Assembly (NCBI GenBank): GCA_964187785.1
Contig: OZ076409.1
Span: forward strand, 38,194,001-38,258,000
Direction of reading: 5' to 3'
Length of the DNA: 64,000 nucleotides
DNA from: Amphiscolops sp. MND2022
Taxonomy: Eukaryota
Below the pieces are notes generated by a model. That model made no database searches. It was not told the DNA's origin and saw nothing but the letters and a program-made list of their open reading frames with translations. The position numbers and the translations under genes were made by a program. How positions within the stretch are numbered: position 1 is the first letter of the stretch; each line of letters starts with the position of its first letter. Shown here one piece after another: positions 13,241 through 24,034 of this stretch.

Positions 13241-14108
13241 TGTTGAGGTAGCTGTCTCGATGAGAGGTAGCGTTGTTGATCTGCTAAACCAAACGATAAA
13301 TCCAAATCCTTTCGTCCACGATAACTTGTTCAAGCAAAAATATCGCAACCATAGGCAAAATAAAAAAAAATTGATGTTGGAATTTCCAAACAATGTATTA
13401 TCACTTGCTCAAATCTGAAAAAGCTCTTCGATAGCCAGAGTTAACTGAATTGATTACACGAGAAACTTGAAAACTCACTTTCTTCAATACTTGAGTAGCA
13501 AAGTCGATCGATTTGTATCTCTACTTGGTTGTGTCTCTTTGGTAGAAGTTGACTCTGGTTTCTTTTGCATACATTAAAAACATCAAGATAGACGTTTATA
13601 GTTAAATTTACTTTGACAATAAGGGCGCCTTGATATATAGAGCAAGTTCATACAAATTACTTATCTGAGTTGTAAGCATACACCAAATTATGTAAAAGTT
13701 TTTATGAAAAGCATTTTCTTAAGCAAGATTAAGGTTTAGATTTACACTTGTTATTTGCTATTAGATAATTAGCGATGTTCTCAAATAGTCCTCGTGGGTC
13801 CTAATAACACCCACGTAGCCCAAATATGGCGTTCATAACCATTTAAATACAATAAACAAATATTGAAGTCCAAATATATACTGACTTTCAAAAAAATATC
13901 AAAAATGACCCACAAGACAAGATTTTGAAATTTTTTGGCTCCTATTTCTATTGTTTATAGTCTTGATTTCTCATTGGGGTCAAAATATGTTGAAGGGAAG
14001 AATACTAGCACTCAAATCCAGTTCCACACATTTTTACAGCTTTTTGAAACTTGCTAAATTGACCTATTTTTTCTTCACTTTTTCTAAACATCGTTTGAGG
14101 CGCCAACA
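13241..14108 (-). repeat. BEL 5' LTR
   Basis: TGTTG...CAACA termini; homologous to 4288-5138; the inner boundary could be 13233. Confidence 0.8.
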
Positions 14109-14674
14109 TTTGCCTCAGAGCACTAGGGTAGAGTATGATCAAAATAATTGTTCTGGTACCATTCTCAAATTCGAGACTCTGTCTTAGCTCAGTAGTACCG
14201 CATATAATGACAGAAAATGGGCTTATCCCCTTCTTGTCGCCTTTTTCTCTAGTTTTTGTTCTCATTTATTTGATGTATTATTGAGGATGAAGCTTTTTCA
14301 TGCACATGCTCGTTAGAAGCCCTGACAGCGACGCATGTTTCTCAGTTGACCAGCCTAGGCTACAAAATTAGATATTCTCGATGTAGTTATATGACCATTT
14401 GATGAGAGTCTAGTTTCACGATTTTAGAAGCAAAGCTGACATTTTCACACTTTGAAAAAAATTGTCAGTAACAGAAAAGTTAAACTAAAAAATAGATTAC
14501 TCTGTTTACTGAAATTTCTCGTTCTTTCATTGCAGTATACTATGCATAGATGATATTTCATTGTGACCCGAAAATAAAAATGAGTAATCAAGGTCTTCGA
14601 ATATGCCATAAGTTTGCTTTTGAGGTCCAAAATTCTCGATCGCTTTTTGGTCATGCCTGGGGTTATACGTGCAG

Positions 14675-14809
14675 ACCTGCATCACCCTGAACTTCACCCC
14701 CAGGGCCTTTCTGGAGAAATTCATCAAGCCAGAACCTGTCGTGACTGACCCTACCATCTCGAACACCTGGGAACTCGTCTCAAACTTCGGACCCAACAGT
14801 CCTCTACAA
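14675..14809 (+). CDS. Vangl: Vang/Strabismus (Vangl) penultimate coding exon
   Basis: cag|ACC...CAA|gttagt; TCITLNFTPRAFLEKFIKPEPVVTDPTISNTWELVSNFGPNSPLQ matches VANGL2 FCITHDMTPKAFLERY...QWTLVSEEPVTNGLK. Phase 0 at both ends; joins the previous exon without a gap. Confidence 0.92.
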
Positions 14810-15101
14810 GTTAGTACATTCGAGAATGCTTAAGTGGATTGACGTTTCACACGGAAACTGTAAGGCGCATGAAGTTGAAAAACTGTGAGCATTATGTCTT
14901 GAGCTTTCGCATAAAGTATAATTAAACACAGACCTGCAGCGACTGGACAATCCTATTGCTCAGAAAATCAGAAGAAATATGTCCATTGGTCTTGTTTTAA
15001 CTGATACTTGTCAAACGTAAATAAATCTTTTTCACCAATAAAATTTTATTACAAGCATTCATTTGACAGTCATTCATTATGATCAAGGGAGAGCTTTTAG
15101 C

Positions 15102-16627
15102 TAGGGGTCGGCGGTTAACCGAACCGAACCGAAAACCGAACCGACTCGTATATAAACCGAAAACTGAAAATTCATTTCGGTTCGGTTTACATGTACTCGG
15201 TATTAACAAAGGTGTTGTGAAATGGCGGCGTATATCCCAGCATATAATCTTGCATTTCTTAGAAATAGAACAACTAACAACCACTGCTGCTCGCCGTTTT
15301 TATCATTGATCAATTATCAACCAACCAGTTTCATTGGTTCACAAGTTCAATTAAATTCTTCCACCAAACACTAGATTTTAAACTTAAAGATTTTACCCTA
15401 GTCGAAACTGCTTGAAACTTTTACATGATTTCATAGGCTACCAATCACTTTCAGCATGATTTTGGGAGTTTCATAGACAATCAATTATGCGGGGACTGTT
15501 CAATTCGTCGAACATTCAATTCGTCGAACACGTATTACTTTAGCGAGCAATATATGACGTAATGGAATGAATTGATTTCGGCCAATCAAATTCGAGCATT
15601 CAAAATTACGATAACGTAGTCAGATATGTTCACATACTCCTAGTGCCCTAAATGCAGGAGCGAAGCGAAGCGGAGCGACGTGCCATATGGCCATGCCTCA
15701 ATATTGCTACTTGGCGAAGGGAGCGAAGCGACCGAGCCATACAACAAATATGCTAATCGCTACAAAATATAACCAAATGAAATTAATCGCTGATATGGAA
15801 TTCTTTCGACGCATTGAATAGCTTTTCATCTTTCGACGATTTGAATGTTCGACGAATTGAATAGGCACCCAATTATGCAAAATATTTCCCTGATGCAATG
15901 CTATTTCTTCAGGTATTTATTATGATTTCTTTACAATTTGACTGGTTTTCAGAGCAACATCGAGGAAATTAAACAACAAAATCCCCGCAAAATTTTGCAG
16001 GTTTCCGCGGGCAAAACCTCAAATTTTGTAAGCACAGACGCTACAATATGATGTAAACAAATAGTCTACATGTGCCAGTGTGGTAAACAAATTTGTGTCA
16101 CTGGAATAAGATCTAAAAACACTGTATAGTACTAAAATAATGTCTGAATTCACCGTATTGTAGATTTTCACTAGTTTTTTTTCAAATTTTTGTATTGATT
16201 GCGATTCAGTTTTTTTCAGCTCTTATATTAGGTTCCGAGATGAAGACTTTTTTGAGAGAACTAAATTTTTTGGGAAAAAAGATGAGAGATCAAAAATACG
16301 AAAAATTTAGTTCAAGATTTTTATTGAAAAATTTTTTTTGTCAAGGGTTAATGGATATTTTTCCAAGTTTCTACAAAATGCAGTGAAGTTTTTCAAGATT
16401 TTCCAAGATGCAGGGAAGTTTTACAAATTTTTCCATGCAGGGACCTTGATTTTTCTATGTTTTCCCAAAATTTATCCTGCATTTTATTCATGTGCTCAAC
16501 AAAATTTCACGGCATTCCCAACTAGCGTAGACTTTAAAAAACCGAACCGAAGTTGAAAACCGATTTTCTGACCCGAACCGAACCGAAACCGAACCGAGTT
16601 TGAAATTTCCCGGACCGCCGACGCCTA
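15102..16627. mobile_element. Non-autonomous hAT-like element in the last Vangl intron
   Basis: TIRs TAGGGGTCGGCGGT / ACCGCCGACGCCTA; 8-bp TSD CTTTTAGC / CTTTCAGC; clustered subterminal AACCG repeats. Confidence 0.85.
15491..15869. mobile_element. Mutator-like MITE nested in the hAT element
   Basis: TIRs GGGGACTGTTCAATTCGTCGAACATTCAA / TTGAATGTTCGACGAATTGAATAGGCACC; exact 9-bp TSD CAATTATGC. Confidence 0.8.
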
Positions 16628-17093
16628 CTTTCAGCACTGTAATGTTTTGCCATTTTACACTGTAATGTTTTGTAAAATCATTAGCAGCGGCTTTGAAAGA
16701 AGCAAATAATTGTTACTTTCTTGTAGTGCTTCCATCGTTTGAACTCAACATAAGTTAGTGGCTTCTGATGATAAATAGAATGAACGTCCACAGATTTTGT
16801 CATCATTGTAATAAAATTTGCGAAAAGATACATGAGTCATCTATGCTCCGAACTGTTTAATTAGCTAAGTCTTTTGGGTGGCTCAAACGAGTTTGACGTC
16901 CGTCAGTACAATAAATTTACAAAGTTCAATTTTCAAAGTTTGATTTCTTCAAACATGTTTCCCGATATGAGTTGGAGGAAGCACCAGGTGAACGTTTTTT
17001 TCCAAGCGAATTTTTTCTCTTCTAGTTATAAATTAAACGGTATCTATCAGGTCATCTAATCCAATCGATTATTCTTGAATCTTGTGTGTTCAG

Positions 17094-17249
17094 GAAGGGA
17101 TGGTTTTCCAGCTTAAACAAGAGGCCTTTTCTCTAATCGTCTACGTAGCACGAGTTCCCATCTTCAACATCTCGGAACGACCTTACGACCGCAACGATCA
17201 ATTCGTATTATCCCTCAACCAGCCTGCATCAAACACGTCAGCAGTTTAG
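17094..17249 (+). CDS. Vangl: Vang/Strabismus (Vangl) terminal coding exon with PDZ-binding C-terminus
   Basis: gtgttcag|GAA; EGMVFQLKQEAFSLIVYVARVPIFNISERPYDRNDQFVLSLNQPASNTSAV* matches VANGL2 [48 protein letters not shown]. Confidence 0.92.
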   Translation, partial: EGMVFQLKQEAFSLIVYVARVPIFNISERPYDRNDQFVLSLNQPASNTSAV

Positions 17250-17298
17250 TTCCCAAAAACTCCAACCATGGCTTTTAATGTGCAGTTTAACCATTTCG

Positions 17299-17304
17299 AA
17301 TAAA
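17299..17304 (+). promoter_or_regulatory. Candidate polyadenylation signal of Vangl
   Basis: AATAAA about 50 nt after the Vangl stop codon. Confidence 0.45.
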
Positions 17305-18312
17305 CATTCAAGTCTAACATTTTGTTGAGAGTTTTCGTTGATGCTGATTTCTATTTACTTTACTTCTAATTTGTAATTCATAATTTACCGTTTGAGCGGT
17401 CTGTTTGGTATAAAGAGAGGCCATTAGGTACTTCTGATGAGTCCTGCGTTCATCGGCCGCAATATGGTTTACCAAACTTTCAAGTTTTGTCCTAAAATCT
17501 TGGCAAATCAGGGCGACTTTGAGTTCTTGGAGCGAGTACTTGTGTAAGTACTGGAACTTCATTCATTTTCAAGAATGGGCACGTAATTTTCATCCATAAT
17601 CATCCTCGGCATCATTGCTTTCATCTATGATCATCCAACTATTAAGCTCCTTCACCATTCCAACAGGATGATAATTAACTTCCTTGTAATAACGAGAATT
17701 TTGTTTTATATCCAACTAAACTAACTTATCTTGCCATAATCATGTAATGGATAGAACCATAAATAAATGGATGGAATGCCATGGTTTGTGAACCTGGAAA
17801 AATACAACATTAACATGTCTGGTAGCAATAAATTGAAAGCTACGGGAAATGAGGAGGATGAAGTCATTTGCACTCCTCCTCAGTGCAATGAAACACATGA
17901 AGTTCTGATCGTTCCATCAAAACTAGTTTCTTTTTATTCAGTTCCTACACCTGTACTTTGTAATCTTGTTTCAATAAACAACCCCAAAATGAGATCGGTA
18001 CAATGCACTGAAACGGAGAACAGATTAAAAATTAACACCGTAAAAAAATTTGAAACAAACTGCAGTGCGTCATACTAGTAAAACGACAACGTTTCCTAGA
18101 AAAAAAAAGAAGAAATTTATCGGGACAAGTTTTACAAAACAGACTAAACCATTCAAAAGATCAGTCTGTTTGCTTCAACTATATTGTGTTTAGAGCATCG
18201 TGTACAAAGGGCTCACAAAATTGGTACTGCTTGTTCTTTTGTTAGGCTTCTTTTGCTGACAAAATTTGAATTTCATCATATCTACCAGGTTCTTTCGATC
18301 TAGCAGACTCAC

Positions 18313-18876
18313 TATTAGGCTAGGACGTGGCTGAGCAGTGAAGACTTTCGTTTAGAAAGACAATTAGAAAAAGCAGTTAATTTGAAGATTAGTTTGGAAG
18401 GCTATTTCAGTTGATGAGCGCTGTGAAAAATTGTGGAAAGCACCGGGTATTTATACTCCAAAAGGTAAACATGACATTTGTTAAAGGTTGGGGACTTTGG
18501 AAGAATGCGGATGTAAATTTCCTTGATTTTTACAATCGAACATTCTGGAAGGAATTTTCCATCACACCATCATGAAAAATGTAATACTTCAATGCAATAA
18601 CCATGAACTTCAGAATCGCTTCATAATCCAATTTTGAGGTCATAGATGGGAGTCAGATGTTTGATATTTACGATACTTTCGACAGGTTGAACTTGAAAGG
18701 TTAAACATCAACAAATAATTCGAGTCAGCTAGCACCATCATTTAATTCATTGCTCGAACAACTTGAAGTTTGCTAACATATCAGGTTAGTTTGTTTCTTC
18801 TCGATTTTGAGCTAATATAAAATAAAAGTATAAGTTTTGTAGCTCAAGAAATTTGACTAAGTTCTTTTCCTCAACA
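18313..18876 (-). repeat. Copia 3' LTR
   Basis: Matches 23471-24034 with one difference seen by eye (18815 A vs 23973 T). Confidence 0.95.
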
Positions 18877-18885
18877 CCCCCACTC
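18877..18885 (-). promoter_or_regulatory. Copia polypurine tract
   Basis: GAGTGGGGG immediately before the 3' LTR. Confidence 0.85.
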
Positions 18886-18919
18886 AGATTGTTCCGGATG
18901 TCGTAGGAAGAATCTGCAT

Positions 18920-21900
18920 TTAACCCAAAAGTTGCTTTCGATGTTGCTCCACTTTCACTTGTGGAAGTGCCTTTGTCAACAGATCTGCTGCCAGTTGATC
19001 AGTTGGCGTATAGACTAGTTGAATTGAATTGTCATCAACTTTCTCCCGTATGAAGTGGAATTTCGTGTCAATATGTTTTGATCGCTTGTGCATCACAGGG
19101 TTAGTTGCCAGCTTGATGCAACTTTGATTGTCTTCCCCAATGATGGTCGGCTGTGTCTGTTCGTAGCCCATTTCACACAAAAGTGATCGCAAGAAGATTG
19201 CTTCTTGCACTGCACCAGCCAGACCTTGATATTCTGCTTCACATGATGAGAGTGCCACAGTCTGCTGCTTCTTAGTTTGCCAGCTTACTGCTCCCCCACT
19301 TAATCCAAGTTTGAAGAAGTAGCCAGTGGTCGAACGTCTGTCATCATGATCGCCACTCCAGTCTGCATCACTTTCTCCATTTAGATTGAAGTCACCGTCT
19401 CGTGAGTAGACCAGTTTGAGTGACTTCGTGGCTTGAAGATAGCGGAGGACACGTTTGCCAGCCAGCCAGTGAGTGTTAGTTGGTTTGTCCATGAATCGTG
19501 AGAGCACATTGACGATCCATACTATATCTGGCCTAGTTTGCTTAGCTATGTATAGTAGGGAGCCTACCAAACTTCTGTATAGTCTCTCATCAACTAATGC
19601 TTCACTCTCACTTGCCTTAACTAATCTGAGATTGTTTTCCGCTGGCGTTTTCGAAGGATTGCTGTCTTGCATACTAAATTTCTCTATGACGCTTTCAATG
19701 TAAGTTTCCTGGTCAAGAGTTATTTCGTTTCTTTCCTGACTTATTTGCATGCCTAGGAACCACTCGAGTTTTCCTCGATCGTCCATTTTAAATTTTCCTT
19801 CAAGAGTTTTCTTTAACTCCTCAATGTCCTCATCGTTGCTACCTGCTATTACTAGATCATCTACCCAACTTAGAACGTACAACTTTCTTTTGGCTTGTTT
19901 TTTAATGAAAAGACAGTAGTCATTTTTGCTACGACTGAAATTTTGCTGTATAAGGAAGTTCGCTAACTCCTCATACCAATTTTTAGCCGCCTGTTTCAAT
20001 CCGTAAATTGATTTGTTTAATTTACAGACAAGCTTGTTTCCCGAGCTGTCTGTTTCCTCAAAGCCTGTCGGTTGCTCGAGGTATATCTCTTCTTTGATTT
20101 GTGGATGTAAGTAGGCTGACTTTACATCCATTTGCCTTAGCGTAAAATGTTCTTTCGCTGCTAACGAAAGAATGAGTCGAAAGGTTTCTGGTTTGCTGGT
20201 TGGAGCAAACGTTTCTGCATAGTCTATGCCTTCAATTTGTTTGAAACCTTTAGCAACGTATCGGGCTTTATATTTTTCTATGCTGCCATCAGCTTTTGTT
20301 TTCACTTTGTAAACCCATTTTCCGGGAATTACATTTTTCTGACTTGGCCGCTGGACTAGATTCCAAGTTTTTGTTTCATGAAGACACTCGAGCTCTTTTT
20401 CCATGGCGTCTTGCCATTTTTTGCTATCAATGGACTTTACAGCCTCTTCGTAAGTTTCAGGTTCTTTGGGAAAGAACGTTGAATTGTGGCTGTAGCTCTG
20501 ACCATATCTTTGAGGAGGATTTCGTGACCGATCCTCTCGCTTGAGTTCCTTAGCTTCTTTCCTGGCATCTTTCATCTCATAGTACTTATCCCATCTCTCA
20601 TGTAACACTTTTTCACTTGACGGGATTGCAATTTTCAGGTACTGTCCTGTTAGTTCCAATTTACTGGGTACTTTAGTTTTTGGTCTCACGACCTGAGGTG
20701 TTCGCTGAACATCACTTGATGTCTGAAAGCGTTCCTGTAGGACAGGAATTCTTGAAGGCCTTGCCTGGAAATTTTGATCTGTCCTACTGGGCGTTAGTTC
20801 CTGAACCTGCACTTTTGAGTTAGGAATTATCGGGTTAGTAGTGTCAACGTTACTTTCAGATTCGCTACTTGATGAATTTTCTTCATCAGTGACGTTTTCA
20901 ACTTTCACTTCAACTTTAGGACTCTCGTCCTTCACTTCTATTTCTGGTATACTTTCAGGCTCGTTATTCTCACTTTCATCAAACGTTACATCGAAAAGAA
21001 GATCATCATTTTCGTCTTCTCTTGCTTCGTTGGTGAACCCAACGATCTTTTTTTCGTTGAACACGACGTTGCGGGCTCGTGTCAACTTCCTAGTTACAAT
21101 ATCTTGCAACAGGTAAGCTGTGCTGTTGCTGTCGTAGCCGAGAAACACATGTTTCCGTGCTTTGGCATCGAACTTTGATTTTTCACGTTTTCGGTTTTTA
21201 ACGTATGCTAGACAACCGAAAACCTTCAGATGATCTATTTTGGGTTTTTTACCCCAAAATTTCTCATAAGGCGTTTTCTCGTTTTGGGCCTTTTTAACTA
21301 GGTTTCTCACATAGGCTGCTGTGTCAACAGCTCTGAGCCAATAGCCTTTTGGGAGTTTTGACTCAATTAAAAGACTTCGAGCGGTCTCTACAACTGTTCG
21401 ATTGTATCGCTCTGCGACACCATTCTGTTCCGGAGTTTCAGGAACGGTGTATTCAGTCTTGATTTTGTTGTTGGTACAGAATTTTTTGAAGTTTTTGTTC
21501 GTATACTCGGTGCCATTGTCTGACCGGAGTATACGGGGAGTCCCGCATTCAGCAATGTACTCCTTGAATTTTTCCAAAACTTGGTTTTTGTATCGCATGA
21601 ACTTCACACAAGCATGCGAACTGTATTCATCGACGAACGTTACGAAGTATCTAAATCCATCTTTACTCGATGGAGTGATTGGTCCAACAACATCGCTGAA
21701 AACTCTTTCGCGAGCTTTCGTAGCTTTATTTTCAGATCGTTTTGGGACAGGAGTTTTGGTTATTTTGGCTAAGCAACAAGTTTCGCATTTTTCGTCAATC
21801 TCCGAGAAGTTTTTCGAAACCGAGGTTTTTAGGTCTCTATAATTCACGTGTCCGAAACGTTTGTGCCAAAGTTGTGCCTCGTTTGACCCCCCACTCAAAT

Positions 21901-23254
21901 TCGCAAAGTGGTTTCCTTGCTTTGGGGTCATGCGTAGAAAGAAAAGATTTCCTTTTCTTTTAATGGGGAATTTCTCTTTGCTTTTGAGACAAAGGAAATT
22001 TTTTTTCGCATGGTGAACAACTGTGTGTCCATTGTCTACAATACGCGATACCGAGATTAGGTTAGTTCGGTATCCTGGCACAAATAAAGCTTTTCTTAAA
22101 ACTAAAGACTTAGTTTTCCCCTTTACATCTTTGGCTAAGACCTCGACTTCTCCTATTCCTAGGACTTTCGTGTTACCTCCATCGGGATTGGTAACAGTCG
22201 TTTCTATTTCTTTGAGGTTTTTGAACCAGTTTTTGTTCACTATTACATGATCTGTACTTCCTGAATCTACAACTAGATCCTTTGCTGTTGCCTCACTTGA
22301 TCCTCCTGACTTGAGAATTGATGCTAAGCTACCGTGCTTGCCTCCCTTGGAATTTTCAGCTTTTTTCATACATGCCTTTTCAAAATGGCCTTTCATTTTG
22401 CAATAATTACATTCGGCCTTATCCTTATGGAAACAATCTGCTTTTACGTGTCCTTTAATGCCACAGCAGTAGCATGTCTGTCCTGTGCTCAACTTAGGCG
22501 CAGCGTTATATTTACCCAATGACTTGGGTTTTCGCCTGTGTCTCTTGCTTGCCATTGCCACATGTGAATCATCGTCGTCTAGTTTCTCCCTGTGTTGACG
22601 GCTTTCCTCGTAATTGGTTAGACGTGTCCTCAGCTCCACAAAGCTGCCAGCTGGATTGAAACTTTCTTGGACAACGAAGTGCTCGTAGCGCTCAGGTAAA
22701 CCATTGAGTACCATCGCATTGAGCAGTGGCTCTGAAAGATGTTCCCCTGCTTGCTCCAGGCGAGTTGAGAGCTCTTGGGCTCTGATGAAGTAGTTGTGGA
22801 GTGCCTCGTCTTCTCTCAGTGCCAACCGAGCCAGTTGCCTCATCACACTCACAACAGTGACTGTTTCATTGCTTCTGAACCTCTCTTGCAGAAGCCCCCA
22901 TGCCTTGTGACCGTCACCGAGGCCTTTGTGATCAACGCAGTCATGCCGGATCAACATCAGACTTGTAGAATCGAGAACCATCGCAAGGTAGCACCAGAGT
23001 GTGTTCTTGCGTTTCTCGATGTCGTCGAGAGCACGTCGATGTGCTGCTTCAGCTGCGTCGTGAGCAGCGCGGGCTTCGTCCGTTGGGTCATTACCAAGCC
23101 GCGTTGGTGGAGTTGGGGGTCGCTCATTGCCAGTGAGCGTGTCGAAGAGGCCTTTCGTTTGAGAAAAGGCTAGAAATCTGGTGCTCCAGATTGGGTAGTC
23201 CTCCGTTAGGCCCGAGAAGCAGAGCCATTTGAGATTATTGCTATTGCTTTCCAT
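18920..23254 (-). CDS. Copia Gag-Pol polyprotein (gag, two zinc knuckles, protease, integrase, RT, RNase H)
   Basis: First ATG gives MESNSNN (1444 aa); CYCCGIKGHVKADC, VVDSGST, WHKRFGH...CETC, RSDNGTEY, QMDVKSAYL, LSWVDD, DADW, KHID; copia domain order PR-IN-RT-RH. Confidence 0.96.
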   Translation of the reverse strand: MESNSNNLKWLCFSGLTEDYPIWSTRFLAFSQTKGLFDTLTGNERPPTPPTRLGNDPTDEARAAHDAAEAAHRRALDDIEKRKNTLWCYLAMVLDSTSLMLIRHDCVDHKGLGDGHKAWGLLQERFRSNETVTVVSVMRQLARLALREDEALHNYFIRAQELSTRLEQAGEHLSEPLLNAMVLNGLPERYEHFVVQESFNPAGSFVELRTRLTNYEESRQHREKLDDDDSHVAMASKRHRRKPKSLGKYNAAPKLSTGQTCYCCGIKGHVKADCFHKDKAECNYCKMKGHFEKACMKKAENSKGGKHGSLASILKSGGSSEATAKDLVVDSGSTDHVIVNKNWFKNLKEIETTVTNPDGGNTKVLGIGEVEVLAKDVKGKTKSLVLRKALFVPGYRTNLISVSRIVDNGHTVVHHAKKNFLCLKSKEKFPIKRKGNLFFLRMTPKQGNHFANLSGGSNEAQLWHKRFGHVNYRDLKTSVSKNFSEIDEKCETCCLAKITKTPVPKRSENKATKARERVFSDVVGPITPSSKDGFRYFVTFVDEYSSHACVKFMRYKNQVLEKFKEYIAECGTPRILRSDNGTEYTNKNFKKFCTNNKIKTEYTVPETPEQNGVAERYNRTVVETARSLLIESKLPKGYWLRAVDTAAYVRNLVKKAQNEKTPYEKFWGKKPKIDHLKVFGCLAYVKNRKREKSKFDAKARKHVFLGYDSNSTAYLLQDIVTRKLTRARNVVFNEKKIVGFTNEAREDENDDLLFDVTFDESENNEPESIPEIEVKDESPKVEVKVENVTDEENSSSSESESNVDTTNPIIPNSKVQVQELTPSRTDQNFQARPSRIPVLQERFQTSSDVQRTPQVVRPKTKVPSKLELTGQYLKIAIPSSEKVLHERWDKYYEMKDARKEAKELKREDRSRNPPQRYGQSYSHNSTFFPKEPETYEEAVKSIDSKKWQDAMEKELECLHETKTWNLVQRPSQKNVIPGKWVYKVKTKADGSIEKYKARYVAKGFKQIEGIDYAETFAPTSKPETFRLILSLAAKEHFTLRQMDVKSAYLHPQIKEEIYLEQPTGFEETDSSGNKLVCKLNKSIYGLKQAAKNWYEELANFLIQQNFSRSKNDYCLFIKKQAKRKLYVLSWVDDLVIAGSNDEDIEELKKTLEGKFKMDDRGKLEWFLGMQISQERNEITLDQETYIESVIEKFSMQDSNPSKTPAENNLRLVKASESEALVDERLYRSLVGSLLYIAKQTRPDIVWIVNVLSRFMDKPTNTHWLAGKRVLRYLQATKSLKLVYSRDGDFNLNGESDADWSGDHDDRRSTTGYFFKLGLSGGAVSWQTKKQQTVALSSCEAEYQGLAGAVQEAIFLRSLLCEMGYEQTQPTIIGEDNQSCIKLATNPVMHKRSKHIDTKFHFIREKVDDNSIQLVYTPTDQLAADLLTKALPQVKVEQHRKQLLG

Positions 23255-23456
23255 TTCAAGTTTTTTCGAACCTACTAAGCTCAGCCGATAGTTTATTTTT
23301 TCTATCGTTGAGTAGTGCAATGCTAACCTCCCAGTCACAACCTGTCTAAACCGGAACCGGGTTAGCTACTCAACGGCTGAGATCCTACTAAGCCTTTTGA
23401 ATTGGGACGTGGGATCTATTCCCCCTAGATTGATTGGACAACCTAATTGCCTTTCA

Positions 23457-23470
23457 CTGGGCCCATAACC
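23457..23470 (-). promoter_or_regulatory. Copia primer-binding site (half-molecule tRNA-iMet type)
   Basis: GGTTATGGGCCCAG directly abuts the 5' LTR, as in Drosophila copia. Confidence 0.85.
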
Positions 23471-24034
23471 TATTAGGCTAGGACGTGGCTGAGCAGTGAA
23501 GACTTTCGTTTAGAAAGACAATTAGAAAAAGCAGTTAATTTGAAGATTAGTTTGGAAGGCTATTTCAGTTGATGAGCGCTGTGAAAAATTGTGGAAAGCA
23601 CCGGGTATTTATACTCCAAAAGGTAAACATGACATTTGTTAAAGGTTGGGGACTTTGGAAGAATGCGGATGTAAATTTCCTTGATTTTTACAATCGAACA
23701 TTCTGGAAGGAATTTTCCATCACACCATCATGAAAAATGTAATACTTCAATGCAATAACCATGAACTTCAGAATCGCTTCATAATCCAATTTTGAGGTCA
23801 TAGATGGGAGTCAGATGTTTGATATTTACGATACTTTCGACAGGTTGAACTTGAAAGGTTAAACATCAACAAATAATTCGAGTCAGCTAGCACCATCATT
23901 TAATTCATTGCTCGAACAACTTGAAGTTTGCTAACATATCAGGTTAGTTTGTTTCTTCTCGATTTTGAGCTATTATAAAATAAAAGTATAAGTTTTGTAG
24001 CTCAAGAAATTTGACTAAGTTCTTTTCCTCAACA
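23471..24034 (-). repeat. Copia 5' LTR
   Basis: Element-strand termini TGTTG...CCTAATA. Confidence 0.95.

Larger units (their letters stand above)
4288..14108 (-). mobile_element. Decayed BEL/Pao LTR retrotransposon inside the Vangl intron
   Basis: Direct repeats 4288-5138 and ~13241-14108; gag with three Cys/His knuckles (CLLRDGEHKIWMC, CFCCLISHLIKDC, CGVNGWTKKHNRLLH); protease-like VTGS; RT FGAKSSP/VYMGD; integrase DSGTNFVG; C-terminal LKRPVVKLAPL; PPT-like GGCCGGAA before the 3' LTR. Many stops and frameshifts. Confidence 0.93.
18313..24034 (-). mobile_element. Full-length, apparently intact Ty1/copia LTR retrotransposon
   Basis: 564-bp LTRs at 18313-18876 and 23471-24034; 5-bp TSD CTCAC; PBS; PPT; single uninterrupted gag-pol ORF. 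Confidence 0.98.

Noticed and set aside
23255..23338. N-terminal 28-aa extension of the copia ORF in the track
   Set aside because: Starts at a non-ATG codon; eukaryotic initiation is more likely at ATG 23254.
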